Shown here piece after piece: positions 1 through 13,119 of a stretch of 64,000 nt of DNA. The notes below the pieces were generated by a model that saw only the letters and a program-made list of their open reading frames with translations, searched no databases and had not been told where the DNA came from. The DNA is from Hemiscyllium ocellatum (Eukaryota). Numbering within the stretch: position 1 is the stretch's first letter; each line of letters starts with the position of its first letter. The stretch is taken from contig NC_083409.1 of assembly GCF_020745735.1 (NCBI RefSeq), forward strand, positions 41,250,048-41,314,047, read 5' to 3'. The position numbers and the translations under genes were made by a program.

Positions 1-576
1 GTTATGACTGTACAGGACATTGGTTAGGCCACTGTTGGAATATTGCATGCAATTCTGGTCTCCTTCCTATCGAAAAGATGTTGTGAAACTTGAAAGGGTT
101 CAGAAAAGATTTATAAGGATGTTGCCAGGGTTGGAGGATCTGAGCTAGAGGAAGAGGCTGAACAGGTTGGGGCTGTTTTCCCTGGAGTATCAGAGGCTGA
201 GAGTTGACTTTATAGAGGTTTACAAAATTATGAGGGGCATGGATAGGATAAATAGACAAAGTCTTTTCCCTGGGGTCGGAGAGTCCAGAACTAGAGGACA
301 TAGGTTTCGGGTGAGAGGGGAAAGATATAAGTGGCAACTTTTTCACGCAGAGGGTGGTATGTGTGTGGAATGAGCTGCCAGAGGATGTGGTGGAGGCTGG
401 TACAATTGCTATATTTAAGAGGCGTTTGAATGGGTATATGAATAGGAAGGGTTTGGAGGGATATGGGCCGGGTGCTGGCAGGTGGGATATCTGGGTTGGG
501 ATATCTGGTCGGCATGGGCGGGTTGGACCAAAGGGTCTGTTTCCATGCTGTACATCTCTACGACTCTCTGACTATG
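1..576 (+). mobile_element. CR1 (HER1-like) LINE, 3' fragment
   Basis: ORF2 C-terminal motifs (LGLFSLE..RLR.D.IEVYKIMRG, WNELP). Ends in the CR1 tail aagggtctgtttccatgctgtacatctctacgactct. Highly similar to 14136-15103 and 58695-59772. Confidence 0.9.
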
Positions 577-1235
577 CATCTTGCAGATGCTATGCACTGC
601 AGCTACTTCACTCTATTGTGGAGGGAGTGAATTATTAAGATGATGAATGAATGTGCAATCAAATGGATTGCTTTTTCCTTTATGGTACTGTATTGAACAT
701 TTTGCCTAAAGGAGTTTCACATCACACCCTGACTGGTGCTTATTAGTACAGTAGTAGAAGTTTTTCAGGGAGTTAGGAGGTGAGTCCCTCACCCCTAAAA
801 GTCTATCCTCTGACCTACTCCTACAGTTACACTATTTACTTGATCCAGTTCAGTTTCTGCGTGGTGATGACCCCCAGGTTGTTTGAGGTAGATGATTCAA
901 CAAGGATAATTCTGTTGAATTTCAGTAGAATGTCATTAGATTCTTCCTGGTTGGAGATGGTTATTGCCTGGCACTTGTGTCATGTGAATGTTATTTGTTT
1001 AGAATGTTGTCCATTTCTTACTGTATGAAGCCACAGACTCTTTATTATCTGAAGAGTTGCACATGGAAATGAATGTTGCAAACATCCCCTAATCTACTGA
1101 TGGAGGGAAGATCATTGATGAAAAACTTAAGGCTGAATGTACTTATGCCTCTGACAGTACCTTGACAGCACTGGATAACCAGACTCTAACCATTGGTGAG
1201 TAAATATCATGATTTGTGTTGATGTCTGTAGTTAT

Positions 1236-1591
1236 TGTAATGAGGTCAGCCAGGTGGACCTCATAAAATATGAGTTCCCTGATTGGGGCTGGTAATCTGG
1301 GCCAATCAGGGACCCCTGGCTGACAGGTATAAACATGAAGGGCTTATGCCCGAAACACTTATTCTCCTTCACCTTGGGTGTTGCCTGACCTGCTGTGCTT
1401 TTCCAGCCCCACACTTTTCGACTTTGAACTCCAGCATCAGCAGTTCTCGTTTTCTTCCAGATATAAACAGGAGTGTAAATACCCTGTTCACTGAGAGCTG
1501 GCTGTGAGGGAGCTGGAGCAGCATCAAGGACTCTCCACGTGTCAATAAAGGGTGACTCAGTGATGGGATACCGGCCTCTGGAGTTATTTCA
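1236..1591 (+). mobile_element. Solo LTR containing a Penelope insert
   Basis: Starts TGTAAT and ends TTATTTCA. Has CCAAT, TATAAA and AATAAA in LTR order. No clear TSD. Confidence 0.65.
1336..1457 (+). mobile_element. Penelope-like 3' fragment with degenerate hammerhead
   Basis: tgaagggcttatgcccgaaac...ccagcatcagcagttctc, matching the other copies. TSD cagRtataaaca at 1324-1335 and 1458-1469. Confidence 0.85.
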
Positions 1592-2699
1592 ATTTCAATT
1601 ATACTGGGCTTCTTAATGTCACATTGTCATGTATGAGTTTGCTGTTAAGGCTGTCACTGTTATATCACCTCTGAAACGTCGTTTTGTGTATTGTTAGACA
1701 AGGATTGTTGAAGAACCTCAAGTTGAATATCAGTGAGCAGGTTGACACTGCAGCTTGCTAGAATGTTTGATGACTCCTTCCACTATAATGATCAAGAGTA
1801 GGTTAATGGAGCACTACATGCCTTATTAGATTTATCCGTTTTGCACACAGGATGTAGTCGGGCAATCTTCCACTTTGTTGGGAAGATGCCAGCCTTGTAA
1901 CAATACTGGGCAGCCCAACTACAGGTGTGGCTGATTTTGGAGTATGGGTCTTCAGTATTACAACTGAAATGTTACTGGTTTCCAAGGCTGTTGTTGCATC
2001 CATCATGTTAGGCTATCTCTTGATATCATGCGAACTAAACTGAATCAGTGAAGACTGGAATCTGATTAGAGGAAACTGAGATGATCAAGTAGGTTTGTTC
2101 CTCCTGCTAGTTCTTTGATTTCCCCCCCACCTCCAAAATTTGACAGCTATGTCCTTCAGGACGTGGCCAGCTCAGTCGGTCCTGGTACTATTAAATCCCT
2201 CGTGGTTGACATTGAAGTATCTCTCAAAAAGCTAAATGCTCCTGCTACCTTTAGCAGTTCTTCCCAGCTGAGTCCAACCTGAGTCCAATCAGCTTAACAC
2301 TGAAGATACACGTTATCAGCAGGAGGTTTCCTTGCTGATGTTTTACTCATCACCTTGAGGTTTCATTGGGTGTAAATGCTGAGGCGTCCCCAGTGCCACT
2401 GTTTCCTGATTGTATAGCCCAGTGTTGCCACTTGTTGGACTGGTCGGGCAGTTGGGGAGTGTGGGATGCTGAAAGATGTATCAGGTTGTGGCTTTACTTG
2501 TGTTGTGAATTGGTGTGGTTCCAATATTAATTTGAGAAATACTTTGTTGACCTGTATAAATATATCTTAAACTTTCAAACAAAGGAAATTTCCCTAAGGA
2601 AAAGGCAATGGTTATAACAGTCCCAATGCGAACTGAAGGCTTGATGCCAACATGGCCTGGGTCAGAAGACCATTGTTCTGAACTTGTTTTTCTAGATTT

Positions 2700-2885
2700 T
2701 ATAACTTATTGCTAAATCTGCAATGCTGCACTTTATTACTTCTCTATTTTTCCAAGAACTGTAACAGAAGAAGCAGTACCTCGGGACCTTTTATACCTAA
2801 GGTGGCACCATAAGCAGCAACTTGTATACTTTTCACTTTACTCCTTTGAGTACGTGTGACAATAAAGCTAATTCTGATTCTAATT
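2700..2885 (+). mobile_element. 3' tail of a non-LTR element (Rex-Babar/L2-like), same family as 18970-19142
   Basis: Shares ...ttatacctaag.tgg...cttttcac..tactc.tttgagtac...tgacaat.aagctaat with 18970-19142. Confidence 0.55.
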
Positions 2886-4760
2886 TGTGTAAGCAGCTTA
2901 TCTGTGTGAATAACTTCAGAATCAGTTTACTATTCCAGAAACTCCATAATTTATCTTTCTATTACTGCATCAAGAAACATTAAAGTTAACACTCTGAAGC
3001 CTATTCATTTTATTGTGTCTCTTCAGACTAGTGTGTGTATGTGTTTGTGTGTGTTAGTTATTTTTCAAGAGTAGGGATGTATGTTTGCATGATCCAATCT
3101 GTTTGTCAGTGATCTTTGTGTCTTTAAGTAATGTTGATGTCGATAATAAACAAATTATTCTTATTACTGAACCTGACCTAGTCTGATTTTACAGGACTCA
3201 TATAAGCAATTCCCAATGTAAGAAGGGCAGCAGACCTTAAAGCTGACTCTCCTAGTGGACCTGATTGACCAGTATACACGGCTATGCTATAATCAAGTGA
3301 TGGTCATTGAATGTATATCAAAGCTAGGCAGTGCCATGTGTAAGGAGACTGTTTTGCCATATTCCCTGATTGTTATTTTGCAGGTTTACTGCTGTTGAAT
3401 TTTTTTTAAGAAACATAAGAAAATCATTTAAAGCTACTTCTTTTTTCTGTGTCAATGCATTCTTCCTGTTCTGTGATGTTAGACTTTATGTAATTGCTTT
3501 TCATTCCAGGAGAAATGTGATTTTGCTTCCCACTGTTATTTCTCCACCATGTTGTAAAATAGAACAGTTCCTTGTCAAAATCGTTTTACAAGTTTATATG
3601 TATTAGCTTTAATGAGCATTGCAATAAGTAGTACTTGCTAATTCCTGCTCTAACAATAGTTGAGACATCTTATTCTAAGCTTTACACGAAAGAAGCCACA
3701 ACCCAACATATTTTTGACACCACTCCTACATGCTGCAATTTTGTCAACTGTACAGTTTTATTTAGAGGCTCGGGTGCTTTCCACTGTTTTTTAAAGCAGT
3801 GAATAGGTAACATTTATTCTAGGTCATCAGTGCAACAGCAGTGTCAGAAAATAGCAGATTTTTCTCATTCAAGGGAGTTATTAGAACATGGAATACGTTA
3901 CCACAGGTTAGTCCTTGAAACAGAAAAAAGACTGGCAATAGAATTAGATAGCTCCAGTTGAAAGACAATTCTGTCTCTGGCAGGATGAGTGCACTGAAAA
4001 TCAAGCTGAACTATTGTCCAAAATCTATGTTGTCATCAATCAACAAAAATCACGGTCAATTTTAATGAGAACTAAATAGACTTTCACTATGTTTTCAGCA
4101 AACCCCAAAATAATGCATTTATTGTGAGCAAACCTAATCTTCAAATGAGTGTCAAAGTAGCTATTAACTAAGCTGCTCTGTAAATTTAACTATATTCCCC
4201 TAAATCCCTAGCACATGTTCATGCACAGACAGAACAAAGATACCCCCAACCCTGCAGAGCTATCATGAATGGGGAATAATAGGCAATATGTCAAAGGCTT
4301 CTCACAATTGCTTTGAATTCCTATCAATGAGATCCCATTGCAGGCAATCATAGAATAATGGAAAATCTTCAGATTAGATTTTAGTTTCAACTGAGAAATA
4401 GTTAGGAGTCCTGATTTTGAAACTTTACCAAGTTTTTTCAAATATTTTACTGAAAAAAATAGAGAGACCATTACTCTCAGTTCCAAGCTCTTACTCTTAT
4501 ACACTGACAGAGTCAGCATTGCTTGTCATTGCAAATTTTTCCAGTAACTGCTAGATGTGTACTAAAAAAAAACACTCATCATCTCAGTCCAAGGCAGTTG
4601 CTAGACAGCAATAGCACAGATTCATTATAGTTCTCCAAATCGGCTTTTGGAACAATCAAAGCAATAAAATTCCACCCTTACCTCTCTGTCAAAAATCTAT
4701 ACTGGGCACTACGGTCCAAAGTCACTTTTTTATTTGTTAAAAGGCAAACAATTCATGATT

Positions 4761-5390
4761 GTAGAGGTATACAGCATAGAAACAGACCATTTGCTCCAAC
4801 TTCTCCATGCCAACCAGTCATCCTAAATCAATCTAGTCCAATTTGCCAGCACTTGGCCCATATCCCTCTAAATCCTTCCTTTTCATATGCCCATCCAGAT
4901 GTCTTTAAATCTTATAACTATACCAACCTCCACCACTTCCTCTGGCAGCTCAATCCATATATGCACCATCCTTTGTATGAAAAAGTTGCCCCTTAGGTCC
5001 CTTTTAAATCTTTCCCCCCTCACGCTAAACCTATGCCTTCTAGTTTTGGATTCACCCAACCCAGGAAAAAGACTTTGTCTATTTACCGTATCCATGCCCT
5101 ACATGATTTTATAAACGTCAATGAGGTTACCCCTCAGCCTCCGATGCTCCAGGGAAAACAGACCCAGCCTATTCAACCTCTCCCTATTAACCCTCCAATC
5201 TTGGCAATATCCTTGTAAATCTTTTCTGAACCCTTTCAAGTTTCACAACATTCTACAGGAGGGAGATCAGAATTGCACGCACTATTCCAAAAGTGGCCTA
5301 ACCAATCCTGTATTTCTGCAATGTGACTTTACAACTCCTTTATGCAATGTTCTGACCAATAAAGGAAAGCATACTAAACACCTTTTTTGC
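4761..5390 (-). mobile_element. CR1 (HER1-like) LINE 3' fragment
   Basis: Minus-strand peptide NRQSLFPGLGESKTRRHRFSVRGERFKRDLRGNFF..WIELP. Confidence 0.9.
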
Positions 5391-8311
5391 TTGCCTCCAT
5401 TTTCAACTTGCTTAACATTTGACTTTCCAGTTCCATGCAATTCCAGGATAATGTTTTTTGCAATCCATGAATGTTCATATTCCATGCTCGTCACTCAAAG
5501 ATGTACGTGTTTCCAACAAGTCTCTCAGTCACAATGGGGTAAATTAATGTCCTCCTGCTGCAGTAGATTCTATGGAAATATTTCTGTGCTGATCACCATA
5601 CCCTGATGTAATAGCTTGTGGTCTTTTATTTTGGAGTGTCTTTCCTGTTTATTTATTGCCTTTTATATATTTTTACCTCTTGTGCCTTTCATTTATTTAT
5701 TCGAACACTTATTTCTGTGCTTTTTACAAATAAGATTTCTCTTGGTGGACATTTCCTTGCTTAGCAAGTAGATGGGATCCACCTCAGTCATTTGCATGTC
5801 CAGTTGCTTCCCTCTTGATCTGTATTAGAATCTTGCAACACGATTTGCAGAGCTCCCACTTCTCCACCCCTTTCCCCATTTCAGTTCGTACAGTGGTTTC
5901 TGCTGTGAAAAAGAGAATGGGAAAAGGTAGTGCTCACTTACTCCTGAATCCCAACAGGCCCTGTAGCAACAATCAGTACATGTTAAGTTCTGTTGACAAG
6001 AGATATTGATCATGAAAATAACAGCGAAGCCATTTGACTGTGTACCATTTCCAGTGAGAGAGAGACGTCTGTCAGTATCACAACACAACACTTGTAATTG
6101 ACTGTAAACGATGTTATATCCTTCAGTATCGCCACAGCTTGCTTTGATTTGGATCTTAGACTCTTCAGTGCTATTTAAAAAGGCAGAGGATTGTTAAGAG
6201 AAATGAATTAAATATGTAATGGAATTGGGCAGCATAGCAGCTGTTAATTTGAACTCTGTAGGAACCCATTTCATGATTCTGGCAAATGGGCAGAGGCGAT
6301 TGCATTATCAAAACTTAATATTCTACAGACTTGCCTGTGTCCCAGTCTTCTGAGGGACAGAAGGAGCAACATGTATATTCATAGATTTATTAATATTAGC
6401 TTCAGGGCTAGTTTAAACAGTACAATCTTGCACTTTGAGGACATTATCCCAACAGTGACTGCATTTTATTAATATTCTTGTAGATTATTTGAATGCATAG
6501 CTTTCCTTAATGTTATGGTGTCAGCATCATTATTAATATGGAGGCTCAGTAGTTCTCAATAAAATAACATTTAGAATAATAATTATGTGTAGAGATATCT
6601 CCATACCTTGGATAAAATGTTTGGATTTAGCCCTGTTCGGTTTGACCCATTGTATGTCTCCAGCTCCCAAAGCTCACTTCATTATCATGGTAACACGCGA
6701 GCTGAGAATTTCAGCAACTAGTGGAGTATGGAAACAGCTTCCCAATACATTAAAATTGGTCATGGGATTATGCTTGGGGCCACTGGGGTGTTGGAGGTGC
6801 AGCATGATGGTGGCTGGAGAAAACAAGTTCTTAATATTTAAATAATTCAGAGACAATTCCAATGCACTTCTGCCACACTTCAGTTTGTTACTGGTAAAGT
6901 GAAGGTCACATTGCCTCAAATCTTTCTTGTGACCACTCCCCTCTCTGTGTTTCCATGATGGCTTGGTTGGGACTTTCCCTAGGTATCACACCTATGTTCT
7001 AGATCCCAATCTACCTATGTACAATGATACAAGAGATCAACTGGAAATTTCAAAGATTAAAGTTACTTTTAAACAAGAGTAAGACATTCAGTCATTTGAA
7101 CTATTTCTGCCATTCAAATAGATCATCACTTATCTATGTCCTAACTCCACTTACCTGCCTTGGTTCCTTTTAATACTCTTGATGAACTAAAATCTATCAA
7201 TGACTATTTTGAAATTTGTAATTGACATGGCATTAGCAGTTTTTTGAGAGAGAGAATTCTAAATTACAGTTACCTTTCTGTGTGTGAGGGCATGTTCTCC
7301 ATAATTACTGATCTCCACAGGGCTTTACTCTGATTTTAAAGTTAGGCCCTTTGTTCTGACTCATTCTTGAAGGCAAATCATTTCTCTCTATCTACCTTAT
7401 GATTTTAAATGCCAGTTAGTTCACCCCTAATCTTCCAGATTCATGGAAATACAAACCAAATGCAAATCTAGGCAGTACAACCTGTCCTCCTAACTTAATT
7501 CCTTTAACCTTTGTATTATTTTGTTGAATCTGCAGTGGGTCCTCTTCAAGACCCAATATCCTTCTTTCAGTTCAGTGTTCAGATTTGATTGCAATTCCCC
7601 AGGTGGGCCGTTACCGAATGTCCATCCTTTTGTATTCCAGCCTGGTTGAGACACAGACCAACATTATATTACCTCTTTTTAGTATATTTACCTATCCAGT
7701 AGCTCACAGTGATCTAGCTTTTACAAGTTTCCTGTATTTAGACCAGCTATCTCTCTGCTCGTGCTCAGTTACTTACTTTTCACCGTGTGGAAATTACTTT
7801 TGATCTATTTTTCTTAGAATCAAAGTGGGTCACCTTATGTTTCCTCACACTGAAGGCCATCTCTTGCAGTTTTGCTCACTCAATCGCTTTGCACTCACCA
7901 GCTCCATCTATTCTATTTATTGACTTAGTGGCTGCAACAATCTTAAACCTCTGCTGGCCGTTCCTTCAACTAAGTCCTTTAAAAATATAGTGAGAAACTG
8001 TAGGCAATATCCTGCTCCTGAAGAACAGCCATTAATGACAATTGATCATTATTGCATACCCATTTCTGCATTCTAACCAATTCACTGTTCTAAATCAGTA
8101 ACGACACTTCAATTCCAAAACCTGTTTTTTGCTAATAGTTTTTTTATAGATCAAACCTTGTCAAATTCATTCTATAAATTGTATACAGATAGCATTCACA
8201 TATATTCCCTAATAGCACATTACTTACAAACTGAAAGTTTAACTAGGTTTGTTTTCGACATTTATCCTTTGCATGATTGGCTTAAGATTAGGTTTTTTAG
8301 GATTTTTTTTG

Positions 8312-8580
8312 GGACAGTGTGTTGCTGGCTAAGCCAGTATTTGTTGTCCATCCTTCATTGTTACTAAAGATATGGGGTGAGCTTCCTTCTTGAACTGCTG
8401 CAGTCCCTGGAGTGTAGGGGCACCGACAGCACTCTTCAGAGTGAAGTTCCAGGATGTTGACCTAGTGACAGTAATGGAACTGCAATATACTTCCAAATTA
8501 GGGTATTGTGTAGCTTGCAGGGCAACTTGCAATTGATGCTGTACATTACTGATATTGTGTGCTCTTGCTGGAGGAAGTGA
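8312..8580 (-). mobile_element. 3' fragment of the CR1/L2-group LINE
   Basis: Reverse of the 23730-23990 region (cttcttgaactgctgcagtcc, ttccaggatgttgacc). Confidence 0.75.
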
Positions 8581-8974
8581 ATATTGAAATTCTCTCACAA
8601 CTTGGTCAGTTACATAATTGACACCATTGTGTACCAAATTCCAATAACTTGTCACAACCGATGTTTGGTTACTAGGCATGATTTATTTCACTTATCCTCA
8701 AAAACTAAATGAGTGACATTGGCAGATTTTCAAACCAAGGGGATAATTCTTAAGTAAAGAATATTTTTGGAAGACCATAAGATGTTAAAAGAAATTCCTT
8801 ACCTACATTTTTAATACCCTGAGGTAGAAACTCATGTGTTCTGGATATTTGCACATTTTGAATCTCAGTTTTTCTTTTGCGATGTTTTTCTTAAGTTGAA
8901 TCTAGTTAATTCTTCCTCTTTTATTTGCTTTTAAATTTCCTTGTGCCCTTGGTAATCGAACCTCACTCTTTGAA

Positions 8975-9130
8975 TTAAAGTGAATTGAATTGAATTTATT
9001 GTCAGGTGTACCGAGGCACAGTGAAAAGCTTTGTCTTGCAAGCAATACAAGTAGATCACAGAGTTAAGTAGCATAGATAGGTAAATAATAGGTAAACAGC
9101 AGCAAAAACAAAAACACAGGTACAGGCAAA
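8975..9130 (-). mobile_element. Rex-Babar/L2-like LINE 3' tail
   Basis: Minus strand reads cttttcactgtgcctcggtacacctgacaataaa(ttcaa)n. Confidence 0.6.
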
Positions 9131-9941
9131 TGTCCTTACAATGGAGACCACTACATAATAAATATTGAGTAGGTCACCCATTTCCAAGTTTCCAAATACA
9201 AAATCATTTCACTTGTCATGTTACTTTTTCTCTCTTAATAGGTTCATAAAATCAGTGCAGTCGTCAATGTCTCTCACAAATTTGTTCTCATTGCATGTTT
9301 TATGCCTTTGCATGCTTTTGTTATTTTTTATATTTCTCCCAATCTGTAGGATCTCTATTATTCTTTGACACTTTTTATGAACGACTTCTTCTGCTTTTAT
9401 GCTGTCTCTGACTGCCCTCATTGATGTAAGGTGATGCATTACCAGCTAAGTACTGCTATTGAGCAATGCTATTGTCCTTTAACAGTATGTACAGGTCCCG
9501 TATGGTACCCTGTATCTTTTTGAATACTTCCCACTATTCATCTGTAGTTTTATGCATTAGTAGTTCTGCTCAATCCACAGTGCTTCGAGTCCTAGCTTAT
9601 TCATTCAGAATTAACCTTCCCTAACTTTGTAACTTTGATTTTTTGACTCTCATCCAACTTAGACTTCTGTCACATTATAATCACTTTTTGGTTAATATTC
9701 CCCTGACTGTTTGAGTAATGACTAATTCAAGCTTATTACTCATTATTAAATCTAATATGGCCTATTCTCTTGTTGGTTCAAGAACATAATGTTCCACTAA
9801 CTGGCCCAAATATATTCAAGAAATTTCCTGACTTTGGGATTTAAATTGTCTGCCTCTCCTAAACTGTATGAAAATTAAAAGGCTCTATTTATAATTATCA
9901 TACTTTCACAATTTTCCGCAAAGCTGTTGCCAATAAATTGT

Positions 9942-10348
9942 GCAGTAGAGACTGGGACTTTCTTCACTGAAGCACAGGAGGTTGAGAGGTGACCTTGTGG
10001 AAGTTTATAAAACAATGAGAGGTATAAATCAAATCAATGGTAGTTGTCTTTCCCCTAGGATGGGGGATTTCAAGACCAGGTGTCAGGCAAGAGATTTAAA
10101 AAAGGCATGGGGGCAAATTCTTTACACAGAGGCTGGTTCGTGTGTGGAATGAACTTCCTGAGAAAGTGGTGGATGTGGGTACAATTTTAACATTTAAAAG
10201 ACATTTGGATAAATACATGAAAAGGAAAGGTTTGGAAGAGCAAGCAGGCGGGGCTGGTTTAGTTTGGGATTATGTTTGACACGGACTGATTGAACTGACG
10301 GGTCTGTTTCCGTGCCGTATGATTCTATGCCTCTCGAACTCTATGACT
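9942..10348 (+). mobile_element. CR1 LINE 3' fragment
   Basis: LGLSSLKHRRLRGDLVEVYK and WNELP motifs; tail gggtctgtttccgtgccgtatgattctatg. Confidence 0.85.
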
Positions 10349-11594
10349 AAGATCAAAAATCAGTTGATGTATAAATAAGCCATGTCCAAGTTGCTAAATT
10401 CTCTCCATTAACAAGTCATTGCACATTTATGTCAGCCACAGTGGTATCAGATGTGTATCCAATATCTATAATGACATCTCTATAACTAATCCCTGTGTTT
10501 TCTTTCAGTTTCACAATAATCGAACTGGTTGAGATTTATTTTATAAAGTTACAGAAAATCCATTTTAGTGAATTCGCTATTCCTGAGAATGCTGTCTGTT
10601 CCATTTCCCCTGAAGGTGTATTTATCACTTGCTATAGCTGCAGTTTTAAAATGGCAAGTAACTTAAGGTTCTTATTTGAATTTGCTCTGTTAAAAGATTA
10701 TTCTACTCTGTTGATATAATTTGTTGCAGAATGCTGAAATTTCATTTTGATCTCCTTCACTCCATTGGAGAAGTCAATCAGGCTCCTATCATTGAGCAAA
10801 CAATACCAATTAACATTTTACCCATTTTGAAGTTTCTACAATCTTTTATAATAGAGTCGAACAGCTATAAGCATTCATCAGTCTACCAGCAGTCCGTGTT
10901 GCTTATCTCCAAACTTGTTATTCATTGCTCCTTTCATCATAATTTGTTCAAATTTATTTAGATTTTGTATCAAAGAGATTGAGCCTGTTTTGTAAAGTTC
11001 ATGGTTACTTCAATAATTAGATTGAGTTTGATGATTAAACAAACCAGAAGAATAAGTTGCCCATCAGAGCGATCAACATTTAGAATTGATTTTCCCTGTC
11101 GGGTGCCAGAAGCTAAAAAAAACTTGCATAGTTCCATCAAAATCCAACTGGATGATGTGAGTTTGTTCCGTGGATGAATGAACCAAGATCGACCAAATGG
11201 CTTAACTCATCTGTATTTATCTTGGGATCTGATGAGTGCATCGGCACAATAGCATTTTCCTCATAGTTTGCACCTAGCTATACTGATTTGGGCAAGTCAC
11301 TAAATCGAAACAGGCAGTCTGCTCATTTACTGCACTGGTGGATTCATTGCTGTCTGTTATTTTATCTCCTGTTTATATTTACCAGTCAAACTTTACTGCT
11401 AAGTTTATAGTAAGTATTGATCCTGGGTCTGAATTAGCTGTAAACTTGCCATAGGTCATTTAGAAGCAGAGAATTTTTTTTAAATGATTCATTCTTCACT
11501 TACCAGTGGACAGAAATTAAAATGGGATTGCATTTTTATAAGAGATTTTAGTCAGAGGCTTGTCCTTGCCTCAAATGAGCAGAGTTCCATGTGT

Positions 11595-11672
11595 AATAAA
11601 AACGCAAACTGGTAACATCTGTGGAGAGATAACAGAGTTAACGTTCCGAGTCCAATGAATTCCTCAGAACTG
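11595..11672 (-). mobile_element. Penelope-like fragment, second family, degenerate hammerhead
   Basis: Minus strand cagttCTGAGGAattcattggactcGGAAcGTTaactctg...ccacagatgttaccag. Confidence 0.6.
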
Positions 11673-11814
11673 ATGTGCCCTGTATATGTCCTCCTATTGT
11701 TGGATTTGGCGTATTTTTGAGCAGTGCATACTGATGTGAAAGGGAAACTACACACCAGATCTACTTCTGTCCTGTGAGCTTTTCCCCTCATTTCAGTGTT
11801 TGATGATTGTTCAC

Positions 11815-13110
11815 TAATCCAGGACAATGAAAGTTGGTGCTGGCAAATCCAAGTGGGATTATTTGAATTATGGAAAGGAACTTGCAGCTGGTAGTTTCCT
11901 CATATGTGCATTGTCCCTGTCCTTTTGGGTGGCAGATTTGAAAAGTGCTGAGGAGGCTTAGTGGGTTACTGCAATCCATCTTATAGATTGACTGCTTCCC
12001 AACACCAAATCAGGCGAATGTAGATTTAAAATGGTAAATGAAACCCCAGTTCAAGTGGGTTACCTTATGATGCTGATCTATTTGAGTCTTGTTGTAACTA
12101 CATTCACCCAGGCATATGAACGACTTTCTATCACACTCCTGACTTGTGCCTTTTGGTGCTCAAGCTTTGTGAGACAGGAGACAGAATTTTTAACCTGTTC
12201 TTGAAGGTACCCATAGCATTTGTATGTTGTTAGTTTGCAGTTCAGTTTCCAGTCAATGATAAACCCCACAATGTTGGCTAGAAAGGATTCAGAAATCATA
12301 ATGCCATTGAATCCCAAGGGATGATAGTACTCTATCTCTGATTGAAGATAAGATATTGCCTAGCACTTGTATGGTGTGTATGTTGCTAACCACTTACTGA
12401 CCGAAGCTTGGGTATTGTCCCAGTCTTGCTGCATTTGGGCATGAGTGTCTTCAAGATTTGAGGAGTTGAGAATGATGCTGAATATTTATGCAGTCATTAG
12501 TGACAATTGCCCGTGTTTATCATGGAGAGAAGGCCATTGATGGGACATCTGAAGATGTTTGAGCACAGGACAATACCCTGAGGACCTCTTGCAGAGGTGA
12601 ACTGGGACTGAGAAAATTGGATTTCAACAACCACAACTGCAGCCATGTTCCAAGGTATGTCTTCAATCGGTGGCAAGTCTTTCCCTTGATTCCCATGGAA
12701 CCCAGTTGTGCCAGGACTTCTTGATACAACACATGGTCAACTGCTGCCTTGATACCAAAAACAATCAATGACTTGCCCTCTGGAATTCATTACCACTGAA
12801 CACAGTGGAGGCTGGGACGTTAAATGTCTTCAAGGCAGAGATTGATAAGTTCTTGATCTCGCAAGGAATTAAGGGCTAAGGGTAGAGTGCAGGTTGGTGG
12901 AGTTGAAATGCCCATCAGGCATGATTAAATGGCAGAGTGGACTCAATGGGCCAAATGGCCTTCCTTCCATTCCTATGTCTTTATTGTCTTGTAGAATTCA
13001 GCTCTTTTGTCTAAGTTTGGACCAAGTCTGTAATGAAGTCAGAATTCCCCTGTTGGAACCCAAACTGTGCGTTAATGAGCAGGTTATTGCTGAGAAAGCG
13101 CTGGTTAGGA
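11815..13110 (-). mobile_element. Decayed antisense CR1/L2-group LINE (RT region) with a nested CR1 3' end at ~12795-12985 (+)
   Basis: Minus peptides GIKAAVDHVLYQ..L.SMGIKGK and LLINAQFGFQQG. Confidence 0.7.
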
Positions 13111-13119
13111 ATGACTCCA

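Larger units (their letters stand above)
577..2460 (-). mobile_element. Decayed antisense copy of the CR1/L2-group LINE at 21050-24010, interrupted by a solo LTR
   Basis: Reverse complement resembles segments of 21050-24010, e.g. tggagggagtga vs cactccctccacc and ttggagatggttattgcctggcacttgtg. Confidence 0.65.
7075..10500 (-). mobile_element. Old, heavily decayed CR1 ORF2 with nested younger inserts
   Basis: CR1 3' end in reverse near 7080. Endonuclease remnants on the minus strand near 9680-9800 (YVLEPTRE.AILDL, SDYN). Confidence 0.5.
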
